DNA of 64,000 nucleotides from a virus (Duplodnaviria; Heunggongvirae; Uroviricota; Caudoviricetes). The stretch is from IMG/VR virus record IMGVR_UViG_3300032007_000006, positions 32,001-96,000 of that record. One strand, written 5' to 3'. Below, piece by piece: positions 27,474 to 38,144 of the stretch. The notes below the pieces were generated by a model, which saw only the letters and a program-made list of their open reading frames with translations, was not told the DNA's origin and ran no database searches. Numbering within the stretch: the stretch's first letter is position 1; the number at the start of each line of letters is the position of its first letter. Both the position numbers and the translations under genes were made by a program.

Positions 27474-27480
27474 AGAAGGA

Positions 27481-27894
27481 CTAGTTCTTTTTTCCCTTAA
27501 AATTTTCAAGTTTCCTGGCAAGTTCATCGGACCAGGGAATTTTATCGAGATCCGCTTCTGGAATTGGTTGATCGTAGTAAAGTCCAAGCCATTCCAGAAG
27601 CGTTTTTGCATTTGAATAGCTGCTCGAAGAAACTAGTGCTGTAATAATTCTTGTCGCTGTCTCTTTTGAAAAGCTTCCATTGATTCCATTTCCAAATGCA
27701 ACGGCCTTTCTTAGCGATTTTTCATTGAAAGTGCCTGCTGATATGCAGTTTACCAGACCGTCTAAACATTTTATGGATTTGAAATATGCATTCCATGTTT
27801 TTTCTGGATTAAGAAATTGCGTTATTGCATAGTATCTATAGGTTTTCTCTGTTAGGGGAGAAGACCACATTTTTCTGCCCTGTTCGCTGTCCAT
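27481..27894 (-). CDS. Hypothetical protein (late)
   Basis: 137-aa ORF with TAAATA upstream. Confidence 0.6.
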   Translation of the reverse strand: MDSEQGRKMWSSPLTEKTYRYYAITQFLNPEKTWNAYFKSIKCLDGLVNCISAGTFNEKSLRKAVAFGNGINGSFSKETATRIITALVSSSSYSNAKTLLEWLGLYYDQPIPEADLDKIPWSDELARKLENFKGKKN

Positions 27895-27917
27895 GCAATC
27901 TACAATTCCTAATATTT

Positions 27918-27942
27918 AAAAAGGCGGCTCATATGAGCCGCC
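27918..27942 (-). terminator. Rho-independent terminator abutting a late promoter
   Basis: ggcggctcat/atgagccgcc hairpin with T-run on the minus strand. Confidence 0.65.
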
Positions 27943-27953
27943 CTTGCATTCTT

Positions 27954-30900
27954 CTAGTAGACCGCTACGGCCCTTAGATTTCTAAATCTTGGAATATCTC
28001 TTGAGTTTAGTGTCAACATCTGGAATCTTAGAATATAGGAATCAAATTCATTCAATTCCAGAGCTGGAGCTAGACTGTATGTGTATTCCATGAAGTTTGT
28101 TTCTCTTTCTGTAGTCTGAGTATAGTCGTTGACGTCCAGCTGCATCCATTGGGAATCTTCAACAGCATCATCTTGAAGACTTGATACAATCAAGACGCAT
28201 GGAATCCTCTGCCAGTATACAGCATCGCTTGATGGAGCAAGACCGGCATCTACGTTGTCGTAGGCGCACATCCAAATAGATCCATTAAACAGACAGACTT
28301 CTCCCTTGAGATAGGTCCTGTCATTTTCATATTCGCGGCATGAAATGCCATCATAGTTCGGACGATCTGCATTTGGATCACTTGAAACAACGCTTCTTGG
28401 AATATTGTTTGGCGTGAATGGACCTATCATTGGAATGGCCACTACGCCATATATCTGACAGCTAGTAGTATGATCTGTTGAATTGTACTGCACTACAGCC
28501 CTTCTGCTTCCTCCATTCTCTGAAAGGTCAGACTTTATCGAATAGGAAGTTGGAGAAGGAAGAATGTCAAGATTCACTGGATCCTTTACTACAAGCTTGA
28601 CGGCTTTTGTGTCGACCTTATTTTCGGAATCTGATTGAATTGAGTCGGCAAGAATCTCATCGGTTTTCTTTGAAGCGCCTTTGAATATGGCAGAGGAATG
28701 ACTGTATGTGGAAGCATAGTTGTTTCCATACAGTTCCTGATTTGGAAGGATGAATTTCATTTCGCTGTTGCCAGCATCCATGACATAGTACCAGAAGTAG
28801 ACGCGCTGATTGCATATTTCCTTCCAGGAAGATTCCTGATAGCCAGGAAGAAGAAGGGATTCAATTGTATCAATGCCTGCATTCTCGTTTGGAATGTCAT
28901 TGTAGAGAACATAGTCATTTTCTGCAAGAGATGGAGTCCAGAGAGCCTTGGACTTCTTGGACGCTCCTGCTCCAGTCGTCTTGATATAGGCCCTAATTAG
29001 AGAATGATTTGGAAGCATTGCATCAATTGCAACGTTGATTCCAAGGGCTGGATTCTTCAATGCAATAGTCTTGCTGACGTATGTACCAGCATCATAGTAT
29101 TTCAGACCATTGATTATTTCAATTGGCTCCTTTCCTGAACCACCACTGCCATCGCTTCCAGAAGCTCCACCAATAACGTTTCTCGTAAACACTCCATGGA
29201 AGTCTTCAAGATCAATTTGAGGAGCAATGTTTCTGTCTGTAGTCATCAACGTGGCCCTAATCTTGAAGGAACTGTTCTTGTTGGATTCTACCTTTGTTCC
29301 ATTCGCTTCATCGCTTTTAGTCTCCATGACGTTGTTGATGGATATTCCATCAATATTGTCAAAGAATATGCTCTGCTTGTTGGTCATTGGCTTTGAATCT
29401 GAGATTGATGAATCCGTATACCAGCAAAAGTCTATTGAAGTGCCAGTTGGAATATAGGTTCCAGCAGAAATTGTAACCGAATTGGCAAGAAATTCGTCAG
29501 AACCTTCGCCAGACTGAGCAGTTCCTGGAAGACTTGATGGAATGCCAGTGTTGATTGAAACCATATCATCAACGGAAAAGTCTGCTATGCATGGAATTCC
29601 AGTGTCATACTGATACTTGTACATTCTGAATGTTATGTCGGAAAGCTGCTCCTGCGTCCATGTTCTCAAGTTCTGCGACTTGAACATGGATCCAACATAA
29701 GGCTGTTCCTTGACGCCAATTCCAGTAACAATGTCGGCTTCTCCCAGAGTTGACGTATAGATTTCATAGTTGTATGATGGAGCATATACAATGAAGGCAT
29801 ATTCAGTCAATCCCTTGAGATGAAGAGGAGCAGAGAATGTAAAGGTTGTCGGCTTTGGATTTCCCTTTGCAAATTCTTCCTTGGTAACTACAGAAACCTT
29901 GTTCGCTGGAACGAATACCTGCGAAAATGGAACCATGGTCTGACCAGGGAATCCATTTTCACATTCAACAATGAATATTTCAACGCCAACCGTTGGATCC
30001 TTTGTTGCAAAGTAGACTTGAATGGACTCAAGAGTAATTCCATTCGGCTCTTCTACATAGAAGCTTTCTGCTATTGGGTCGCCGTTGTGACGTATTAGCG
30101 TAGATTCGGAAACTGTTTCAGTCTTTATCTTCTTTCCAAGCGAAGTGGAACTTTCTCCCATGGTTTCGCTTGTCTGAGCAGTCCATGTACGAATGTACTT
30201 TCTGTCTACATCAACCCATACAGTCTTTCCGTTTGCTGTGTAGTCGGCAGAAGCCGTGGACGTCTGTTCGTCATCATAAAATTCCACAAGTTTCGTGCCA
30301 ACAGGCATGTTCTCTGGAACAACAAAGTATCCGACATACGTTCCATCATCATTGATGGTAATTGTGTCAGTATATCTTCTGTCATTTTCGTTTGGCTTTT
30401 CAAATTCAGAAACAGTAAGAAGCTTTAATGGAACTTTGTCCATTTTTGCTCTCATTATCTGATTTGGACGCATTCCTTCAAGATTGAAGCGGACGCATCT
30501 GACGCGCATGAACTGATCCTGCCTTTCCATTGAAGTTTCAGTATCTACGGCCTGCCAGTCTCCAATGTAGGTAGTCTTTTCAGTAACAGTAGTGCTTGTA
30601 ATGGTTTGATATGTTGTAATGTCGGAAATGGTAGTTGCTGGTTCCCACCAGCCTGCTCTTCCATCAACCACTGTATGCGTTAATCTTTGATCCGCTGGAA
30701 CATTTCCCCAATATGTTCCATATGTGGCATCAATCTGCGCTACAGTCATTCCTGATGGAATTGTTCTTCTTTCTGTCTTCTGCTGGGTTGTTCCATATGT
30801 TGTTACGTCCCAGGAACGGAAAGTGTCTGGTGGACGATTTGCGTTTTCGTCTCCCTTTTCATGTTCCGTGACAATTTTGCCAAGATCATTTACCCAGGTG

Positions 30901-33900
30901 TCAATTGCTGGAGTGAGAACAAGATTGCCATTCCACACGACAAACATCATGGCCTGAAGGTTTGTTGCAGATGTGGCCATGTCATTTTTTGCATACAGCC
31001 AGCTGTATTCTGATGGACATCCTTCAGCTTCCCAGTTTGGATTTCTTGCAGGAGCAATAGTGAGAATGTTTCCACCACTCATTGCATTGCTGCCAGCATC
31101 CTTCTGCGTTTGACCATAGACGGCGCAGAGACTTTCTTGGGTACCGCCAATGGTTTCCAGACTTTGCAGCCTGTATCCTTGACCATCATTAATATAATGA
31201 CCAGTTAATGAAAATCCCCAGTCCTTCGCTTCAAAGTCGGCCCTTACGCACTGTTCAACGGCATCAATAGTGGCCTTCCAGTTTTCATCTCTGAAGTCTG
31301 AACCTCCAAATCCATTGAACGTGTCCGTAAAGATGCCGCATTTGTATCGGCTTAATCCATCTTCATCCGTAATCTGCATGTTTGCCGCAGACTGTTCGCT
31401 CATGGAAAGGGAAACAATCTCTTCAAGACTTGAAAGTCTTTGCGCCAGATTGTTGATGTCAACCATGGTATGACGATTGTTGTTTATGTACTGAAGAACA
31501 ACCTCATTTAGCGTTTTGCCATACGGCTGATTGACAATGTTGTATATGACCATTGTTCCATCCTTTTCCGATGGTGGAAGAGGATTGTCGGATGAAATTC
31601 CCTGAGTTATCTCAAATTTTCCATTCTTGTCTATCCATACGCTGTCAATGCGTGGAAGATAGGTTGCAATGTCATACTGCACTCTGGAAGCAGGCATTGG
31701 AACAATTGAAATCCAGCTTCTGTCCTGTCCTTCCATTGTTGAAGCGTCGTAGTCTGGTCTAAAGTCTATGCAGTTTGTAAGATTGTACCAGGCTCCAGAA
31801 GCGGATCTGTATTTTGGAATGTATCTGTAGGCTTCATTGTCTTCTACAGATGTAGCCATTCCAATTGCGTCAACTCCATACACTTCTGCTAGACGCTGCC
31901 TAAAGGTGTCTGCGTTGTCTACAGATGAAAATGCGGCAGATGTTCCAATGTTGTATGAACCAGCATAGTAGAAGCTTCCATCTGACCCAGAATGCTTCCA
32001 GTAGGCATAGGTGATTTTGATGTGTGAAGAAACTTCTTCTCCATCGCCATTATTCTGTACGTTAAGCCACTTTCCAAGTCCATTGATTGATGCGGACTCA
32101 TACCGGCAGTCTGTGCATCCATCAAAAACTTTAATGGTCGAGGACATGCCATTAGCCACGTCCCAATATAGCTCTTCATGCGTGGCCGTACTTGTTTCAT
32201 CATTGCTTTCATCAAGATTGTTGATTTTTTCTATGGAGAGAATTGCAACCAGATCCGTAACAAATGTGCCAGTAACAACGGCCCTGTTTTCGGTTGAACT
32301 GACATAGCCGTCGCGAATTGCAATGATATCGCTTCCCTTGTCTGGATCATTGGCGGCGGCCGCCAGAGCCGCAAGTTCATTGGAAGAAACTCTCATTGAA
32401 CCAATGGTCAATTCCTTCCTTTTGAACGTTCTCTGCGTTGAACTGTCATTTGATGCCGCCTTTGATGCAACAACTTCGCCATCTCCCTGATATGAAATGG
32501 CGTATCTGTGGCCTTCTGTCAATATTCCATCGGCAATGGCATTAATGTTGAAGCTTGTGTCAACAGATCTGTCATCTACAACAACTTTAGATGCTGGAAT
32601 AATTTCTCCAGTGCTTTCATCTACCAGAAAATTGACGGCACGTGACGTTGCTGGAGAACCAATGGCCGTTGGAGCCGCAAATGGAATGTAGACATGTCCT
32701 GTATCATTTCCAGAAGCCGCTGTTCTTACGGCAATGCTGTTTTCCGATGAAATGAAGGCATTGCATATGAATGAAGCCTTGGTGTTGTTGTCTGGAGCAA
32801 CATACGGCCAGTCAAGTTCAAAAATGAGAGGCGCTTCAACGTTCTTCCAGACTGTAAGGTTGCCATTTTCCGAATCAAGCTTGAGATCAACGTATCCAGA
32901 CATGACTCCAGCACTGTCGAAGCTCACTATGCTTGAAACGTCCGATATGTTGGCCACGTCTTCAACATTCAGAACTGATATTTTAAGATTATGCCATCCA
33001 TCGGAAGATATGTCAACAATTGAGCATGTTCCAAGAATTTCATTGGCCTGTGTCAAGGAATCTAGAGTTATCTTGGCGCTGTCCGAAAGCGTTGCTGGAT
33101 TGGCCACTGAAAACACTGAAACGTCCTGAGGATTGTATGTCGTCAGCATTTCGCTTATCTGTCTGTCGACAAGATAGGCTTTCTGAGCGGCAAGAACGTT
33201 TTCTATGTGCCACGAATGGACGTTTCTTGTTGGACTGGAATTTTTGTCATTCAACGTGTATATGTCATCGCTAAAGACATGCATTGAATCTTCAGTGAAT
33301 TTGGAATTTCCAGTCCGCATTTGCGTTTCTCTGGCTTTCTTGTTTGTAATGGCCTGTGAAACGCATGTAGAAACTCTATAGCCATTGACGTATCCAAGAC
33401 CAGGACCAACAGAAACTGTGTATTCGCTTGGAACGGAAACCTTGACTCCATCCTTGTTTGTTCTTGTGCTTTCCGAAATCTGGATTCTCCATGGACGAAC
33501 AGTATAGTTTCCAGATTCTTCATATGTTCTTCTGGCCAGTTCATCCATTAAGGCTGCATTGGTACCAATATTGCTCTGTTCCTTGACAACAATGTTGTTC
33601 TTCATTACAATGCCGCCAGTGAACTTGATGCCCTTTGTGGAACCATTTCCAGAAACAACGTCAGATGTTGATTCAACCTGCAGAATGCTGTCGCCATTCT
33701 TGATCATTTCGGCAATTTCATCAGAAGAAAAGCATTTCAGCTTTGCAAGAATTGAATATCGGTCTGCACCTGGTGCCTTATGGTTGTATGTGCCTCCCGC
33801 AGGATCAGTCAATGTTTCATCATCATAAGAATCAACTATTTTTCGATCAATCCAGAAGCCGATATTGTATTCTATGTCATCATCTTTAATTTCCTTGACA

Positions 33901-34715
33901 TGCAGTGTGGAAAGAATGCTTCCAGGAGTTCCTTCCAGATACATTGGATTGACCATAATGTATGACAATGGACAATTGACAAAGTATCCATCAACAAAAA
34001 CGGTTCCCTGCGTACATCCGGCGCATGTACATGTCTTGTATACTTCGCTGACAGAAGTCGGACTGTCATTTAGTAGAACCTGCACGGTCAATACAGATTC
34101 AACTTCCTTCACTGGATTGCTGAACGTCAAACCAACGCCGCGGTTTGGAAGAACTTCAATTGTTCCATCTTCAAGACGCCTGGCAAATGAACCACCAAGA
34201 ATATTGTAGAATACGACAACTTTCGTAGTAGTAAGTCCTCTTGCCGCTTCAGTTCCAGAAACAAGAGACAGTCCACCATCTGCATCATACAAGGTAGTCC
34301 AGCCAACAATCTGAAACTTTATCTTTCCATCTTCTCCCAGACCGGTAGCATACAGTCCTCTGGAAGAATCGGAGACTTCATCATTGGTTGAAACTTTATT
34401 GTTGGACATGAATCCAGCCATGGCGTCTTCAAGACTCATGCCAGCTGGATATGACACCGTTCCGATGAAATACTTCTGCTTGGTTGTTGTAGAGATTATG
34501 CCTCCCTGAACAACCGTTCCATCCTTGAACAGATATCCACCAAGAGAGGCTATCTGATTCTGAGAATATGTCTGCATCTGCGTTAGTTCTCTGGCCTGAA
34601 CGGCCCTGCTGGGCTTCCAGAGGACTTTCACATAGCCCTTGTCATAGTGTCTTGAACCTACATAGTCGTCGTAGTATGGAGCCGCCTCTCCAATATGTCT
34701 ATATGTTGAAGGCAT
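27954..34715 (-). CDS. Large virion structural protein (DUF4815/VrlC-like of T4-like phages)
   Basis: PYYDDY..KGY.KVLWKP.RAVQARELTQMQ, APGADRY, LARRTYEESGNY, YLPRID, DPIAESF and GSMFKSQN..TW motifs. Confidence 0.85.
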   Translation of the reverse strand: MPSTYRHIGEAAPYYDDYVGSRHYDKGYVKVLWKPSRAVQARELTQMQTYSQNQIASLGGYLFKDGTVVQGGIISTTTKQKYFIGTVSYPAGMSLEDAMAGFMSNNKVSTNDEVSDSSRGLYATGLGEDGKIKFQIVGWTTLYDADGGLSLVSGTEAARGLTTTKVVVFYNILGGSFARRLEDGTIEVLPNRGVGLTFSNPVKEVESVLTVQVLLNDSPTSVSEVYKTCTCAGCTQGTVFVDGYFVNCPLSYIMVNPMYLEGTPGSILSTLHVKEIKDDDIEYNIGFWIDRKIVDSYDDETLTDPAGGTYNHKAPGADRYSILAKLKCFSSDEIAEMIKNGDSILQVESTSDVVSGNGSTKGIKFTGGIVMKNNIVVKEQSNIGTNAALMDELARRTYEESGNYTVRPWRIQISESTRTNKDGVKVSVPSEYTVSVGPGLGYVNGYRVSTCVSQAITNKKARETQMRTGNSKFTEDSMHVFSDDIYTLNDKNSSPTRNVHSWHIENVLAAQKAYLVDRQISEMLTTYNPQDVSVFSVANPATLSDSAKITLDSLTQANEILGTCSIVDISSDGWHNLKISVLNVEDVANISDVSSIVSFDSAGVMSGYVDLKLDSENGNLTVWKNVEAPLIFELDWPYVAPDNNTKASFICNAFISSENSIAVRTAASGNDTGHVYIPFAAPTAIGSPATSRAVNFLVDESTGEIIPASKVVVDDRSVDTSFNINAIADGILTEGHRYAISYQGDGEVVASKAASNDSSTQRTFKRKELTIGSMRVSSNELAALAAAANDPDKGSDIIAIRDGYVSSTENRAVVTGTFVTDLVAILSIEKINNLDESNDETSTATHEELYWDVANGMSSTIKVFDGCTDCRYESASINGLGKWLNVQNNGDGEEVSSHIKITYAYWKHSGSDGSFYYAGSYNIGTSAAFSSVDNADTFRQRLAEVYGVDAIGMATSVEDNEAYRYIPKYRSASGAWYNLTNCIDFRPDYDASTMEGQDRSWISIVPMPASRVQYDIATYLPRIDSVWIDKNGKFEITQGISSDNPLPPSEKDGTMVIYNIVNQPYGKTLNEVVLQYINNNRHTMVDINNLAQRLSSLEEIVSLSMSEQSAANMQITDEDGLSRYKCGIFTDTFNGFGGSDFRDENWKATIDAVEQCVRADFEAKDWGFSLTGHYINDGQGYRLQSLETIGGTQESLCAVYGQTQKDAGSNAMSGGNILTIAPARNPNWEAEGCPSEYSWLYAKNDMATSATNLQAMMFVVWNGNLVLTPAIDTWVNDLGKIVTEHEKGDENANRPPDTFRSWDVTTYGTTQQKTERRTIPSGMTVAQIDATYGTYWGNVPADQRLTHTVVDGRAGWWEPATTISDITTYQTITSTTVTEKTTYIGDWQAVDTETSMERQDQFMRVRCVRFNLEGMRPNQIMRAKMDKVPLKLLTVSEFEKPNENDRRYTDTITINDDGTYVGYFVVPENMPVGTKLVEFYDDEQTSTASADYTANGKTVWVDVDRKYIRTWTAQTSETMGESSTSLGKKIKTETVSESTLIRHNGDPIAESFYVEEPNGITLESIQVYFATKDPTVGVEIFIVECENGFPGQTMVPFSQVFVPANKVSVVTKEEFAKGNPKPTTFTFSAPLHLKGLTEYAFIVYAPSYNYEIYTSTLGEADIVTGIGVKEQPYVGSMFKSQNLRTWTQEQLSDITFRMYKYQYDTGIPCIADFSVDDMVSINTGIPSSLPGTAQSGEGSDEFLANSVTISAGTYIPTGTSIDFCWYTDSSISDSKPMTNKQSIFFDNIDGISINNVMETKSDEANGTKVESNKNSSFKIRATLMTTDRNIAPQIDLEDFHGVFTRNVIGGASGSDGSGGSGKEPIEIINGLKYYDAGTYVSKTIALKNPALGINVAIDAMLPNHSLIRAYIKTTGAGASKKSKALWTPSLAENDYVLYNDIPNENAGIDTIESLLLPGYQESSWKEICNQRVYFWYYVMDAGNSEMKFILPNQELYGNNYASTYSHSSAIFKGASKKTDEILADSIQSDSENKVDTKAVKLVVKDPVNLDILPSPTSYSIKSDLSENGGSRRAVVQYNSTDHTTSCQIYGVVAIPMIGPFTPNNIPRSVVSSDPNADRPNYDGISCREYENDRTYLKGEVCLFNGSIWMCAYDNVDAGLAPSSDAVYWQRIPCVLIVSSLQDDAVEDSQWMQLDVNDYTQTTERETNFMEYTYSLAPALELNEFDSYILRFQMLTLNSRDIPRFRNLRAVAVY

Positions 34716-34929
34716 CTTTCTCTGCAAATGATGCCATATTTACAAAAGATCTTAAAAGACATTTCATTTTTCATTGCCTGTGTGATAAAAACAATCTTTT
34801 TCGTTTTCTATTGATGCAGCGAAAACCTCTCTAGAATACAGAACAGGCGCCTTCTGAAACGCAGATTCGCAGAAATGTCTGCATTCGTCAGAAGGCGCCT
34901 GAATATCGTTCCTTCATAAACCCAATAGT

Positions 34930-36279
34930 CTATGTATGCTTTACTCCAAAACCAGACTTCACTGCGGACTTTAAAGATTCAAGGTCTACGACCCATTCGT
35001 TTTCTGGAGTGGTGTCCTGCAGATACTTCAGTCTTTCTTCCAGCGCCTGAAGATCTTCTCTAGACTTTTCCATGGCCTTGATTGTGAAGGATCTTACAGG
35101 GCTGTTCATTGTCTTCTGTATCCTGTCTTCTGGCATTTTGTACTTGTCCTTCAAAATGGCGGCAAACTGATCATCATCTATGCGGAAGTTGAACTTCTTG
35201 GCTACAACGTCTTCACAGAATGCAATCCAGGCCTTCTTGTATGCTATGTTTTCCTTTACGGTTTCAATCTCATTCTCTATTCTTCTAGAATAGAATGGAA
35301 GCCTGAACTGATAGAAGTCTTCAAGCATTTCTTCAATGCCATTTTCCTTTGGATATATCTTCAGTCTTCCAGAAGGAGACACTACAGTAAGATTCCAGTT
35401 GTCCTTGGACTCCAGCTTGAACTCCTTGACAATTTGTTCTTCTGTCCATTTGCTTCCAGCCTTGAGCCAAATGTCATAGATGAACTTGTCATCAACAGAG
35501 CCATTGTCGTATCTGGAGATTTTTCCCTTCTCCATCAGCTTCCGCAGATGCTGTTCATATGAAGCCGAAGACCAGAATCCATGCGGAAGTTCTTCAACGC
35601 GGTAGTGTATCTCCGTTATCTTGCGGCATATGCCATGAAGAAGATAGTGGTCATCCTTTCGTTCAATGGAACCAGTGAAGCCATAGTATTTCGGCTGTAC
35701 GGACTTCGGTTTTCTTCCTTTGCATCTTGCAATGCACCACTCAATGATGGACAGTGGATCATGGGGAGGAATGCGTGAGGCATAGCCTGTTGCAAGTCCA
35801 GTAGAACCATTCACAAGACACATTGGAATGATGGGAAGATAGTGCAGTGGAGGAAGACATTCTGGATCCGGATGCTCTGGAGCAAGTTCTTCATCCTTGA
35901 ACAGCAGATTGAAGTTTGGATTGAGCATGCAGAATATGTATCTTGGCGCCGCAGGAGTGGAGTTTAGAACGTTGCCGAAACTGCCTTTTCCAAGAAACAG
36001 CTGCAGATTGTTTGAAAAGTAGGCGCCAAGACCAGTCAAGGCTCCACACGCGGACGCTTCGCCATGCTCATATCCAGCGGCCGCAACGCTTGAACCAACG
36101 GCCGCAACCTTGTCCCATGTCCTGGCGCACATCTTCTTTGCCTGATATATTAGAAAGCGGTGAACAGGCTTCAGTCCGTCGGCAAGAGAAACAATTCCAC
36201 GCTCTTCACATGTTGCAATGGCCCTTTCCTTCCATGGACCATTCATAATTTCCGTGACAGTTATTGTCCTTTTTTCCAT
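34930..36279 (-). CDS. gp52: DNA topoisomerase II medium subunit (GyrA/ParC-like)
   Basis: DGLKPVHR, YEHGE, GSFG...AAPRY (catalytic Tyr) and YLPIIPM.LVNG..G.ATG motifs; likely start MEKRT. Confidence 0.92.
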   Translation of the reverse strand: MEKRTITVTEIMNGPWKERAIATCEERGIVSLADGLKPVHRFLIYQAKKMCARTWDKVAAVGSSVAAAGYEHGEASACGALTGLGAYFSNNLQLFLGKGSFGNVLNSTPAAPRYIFCMLNPNFNLLFKDEELAPEHPDPECLPPLHYLPIIPMCLVNGSTGLATGYASRIPPHDPLSIIEWCIARCKGRKPKSVQPKYYGFTGSIERKDDHYLLHGICRKITEIHYRVEELPHGFWSSASYEQHLRKLMEKGKISRYDNGSVDDKFIYDIWLKAGSKWTEEQIVKEFKLESKDNWNLTVVSPSGRLKIYPKENGIEEMLEDFYQFRLPFYSRRIENEIETVKENIAYKKAWIAFCEDVVAKKFNFRIDDDQFAAILKDKYKMPEDRIQKTMNSPVRSFTIKAMEKSREDLQALEERLKYLQDTTPENEWVVDLESLKSAVKSGFGVKHT

Positions 36280-36319
36280 ATGCACACCTTCATATGCCGT
36301 TTTACTTCTTTGGCAAAGT

Positions 36320-36538
36320 CTAGTCTTCGACTGGTTTAAGCAGAGAATCCCAGTCGGAAGGCTTAATTTCGCCGCAGGGAACATTCATTACCCAACTTCC
36401 TTCTTCATTCTGATGCATGAAGGGACATACAAAAACACCTTTTGGACAAGTTCCATGTAACGTTGTTCCATATTCCTTGCACATGGTTGACAGTTGTTCG
36501 GAACTATGACGCATCAGAAGCGTAATCTTGCTGTTCAT
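36320..36538 (-). CDS. Small Cys-containing hypothetical protein
   Basis: 72-aa ORF (MNSKITLL...CPKGVFVCPF...PCGEIKPSDW) upstream of gp52. Confidence 0.5.
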   Translation of the reverse strand: MNSKITLLMRHSSEQLSTMCKEYGTTLHGTCPKGVFVCPFMHQNEEGSWVMNVPCGEIKPSDWDSLLKPVED

Positions 36539-36604
36539 AACATTATCGGCAAGGAAACTGCCGTTCTTCAGCAACGGCAGAGGAATTGCCGCCTCCGTAT
36601 TTTA

Positions 36605-37880
36605 GATTGATTTTGCTAAATAGATTTGTGGTTGCATTCTATCAATGAAGACAGTTCCTGTCAAGCTGAAATGTTCTGAAGAGGACAAAGCCTATTTTCT
36701 GTCAATCCTGCAGGAAAAGCAGGCATGCTTCAACTTTCTCTCCAAGGAACTGTATGCACTCAACTGGAAGAATCTGCTGTCAATCAAGCTGATTCACGAC
36801 AGATTCTATTACGCATTGAAAGAAAGATTCCCCAACCTGCTAACTCAGATATTGATCAAGGTTGAACAGGAAGTCTTGTCCACATACAAAACAATCAAGT
36901 CAAACAGGCACCAAATAGACAAGGCTCCAGAGCAAAGGAATTTGTGCCTGCAGCTGGACAAGAGGCTCTATTCTCATTTTACCAAGACTTCCATCGCGCT
37001 TCCCAGAAACAAAGGAGAGAAGAGGAAGCAGATTGAGTTTGTGCTTTATGATAGGGCCAGAGATTTTTTAGAACATAACACGCCTCATGATCCGAAGCTG
37101 TATGTCAAGGGTAATGGACTGTACATAGCCATTCCATTTGATGTAGCCTGTCCTGCTCCAGAGAATGAAGATCTTCTTGGAATTGATTTGGGCATTAAAT
37201 GTGTGGCCTCCTGTTCAGATGGACGGGTGTACAAATGCAACGACTTCAAGAAAGAGAAACACAGATTAAAATATCTCCGCAGATGCCTGCAGTCAAAAGG
37301 AACGAAGTCGGCTAAAAGGCATCTAAAGAAAGTTGGAAGAAAAATAGCCAACTATTCAAAGGACTACATCCATAAACTGGTGAATGAACTTCTCAAAACT
37401 AAATCGGACATCATTGTCATTGAAGATCTAAAGAAAATTAAGGAAAGAACAAAGTTCCATAAGGGAACGAAGATCAAACGCACAACACACAACAGAGTGT
37501 TTGGAGACATTCCAATTGCTCTGCTTGCGTCAATGCTTGCCTACAAGGCGTCCCATCTTGGAAAGATGGTTGCTACCGTTGATCCAGCCTATACGTCTCA
37601 GAACGACTGTCGTGGACTGGATAGAGGCAAGAGACAAGGAAGGCGGTACTATGGAGTTGATGGAGTCCAGCTGGATGCTGACATAAACGCTTCCGTCAAC
37701 ATAGCCAACAGGTTCCTATGGAACAACAAAATCCTTGCTGAAAAACATCCTGTTTCGTATCCAGAAATGCGTACCTATGCAGGCAGGCTGCCTATCAACC
37801 AGCCAATCGTGGATGGAGTCAACAATGACTCCAGTCTGCAAGCTTCCACCCTTTAGCGGCGGAAGCAGTTGATTGATTTT
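36605..37880 (+). mobile_element. Non-autonomous tnpB-only (IS1341-like) element with right-end/omegaRNA hairpins
   Basis: 3' hairpins ggagtca-acaa-tgactcc (37815-37832) and gcttcc...ggaagc (37842-37866) ending in gcagttgat; GATTGATTTT at both 36605 and 37871. Exact ends uncertain. Confidence 0.6.
36645..37856 (+). CDS. tnpB: RNA-guided endonuclease TnpB (IS200/IS605 family, no TnpA)
   Basis: RuvC motifs LGIDLG, IVIEDL and DADINASVNIA are intact; YKA..G....VDPAYTSQ; zinc-finger cysteines largely lost. Confidence 0.92.
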   Translation: MKTVPVKLKCSEEDKAYFLSILQEKQACFNFLSKELYALNWKNLLSIKLIHDRFYYALKERFPNLLTQILIKVEQEVLSTYKTIKSNRHQIDKAPEQRNLCLQLDKRLYSHFTKTSIALPRNKGEKRKQIEFVLYDRARDFLEHNTPHDPKLYVKGNGLYIAIPFDVACPAPENEDLLGIDLGIKCVASCSDGRVYKCNDFKKEKHRLKYLRRCLQSKGTKSAKRHLKKVGRKIANYSKDYIHKLVNELLKTKSDIIVIEDLKKIKERTKFHKGTKIKRTTHNRVFGDIPIALLASMLAYKASHLGKMVATVDPAYTSQNDCRGLDRGKRQGRRYYGVDGVQLDADINASVNIANRFLWNNKILAEKHPVSYPEMRTYAGRLPINQPIVDGVNNDSSLQASTL

Positions 37881-37913
37881 CTCCTTTAGAAAAGAAATCA
37901 TCTGCACATTCTT

Positions 37914-38135
37914 CTAGCCATTGCCATCATTCAATGAATTGATGGATGCAGTCAATTCCCTGCGATATTCCACCATTTTACTGTGAACGACGTCCATTCT
38001 AGAAATAGCGTCTTCCAGTATCTTCTTTTTGTCCTTTATTTCCTTTTCATCCCATTCTTCAATGGAACACAGTATCTGACCGATTGAGCAGTGGTATATT
38101 TTGGCCAGTTTCAGTAAAATGTCTGTTTCCTTCAT
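37914..38135 (-). CDS. Hypothetical coiled-coil protein
   Basis: 73-aa ORF with AGGAG RBS. Confidence 0.6.
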   Translation of the reverse strand: MKETDILLKLAKIYHCSIGQILCSIEEWDEKEIKDKKKILEDAISRMDVVHSKMVEYRRELTASINSLNDGNG

Positions 38136-38144
38136 TTGCTTCTC

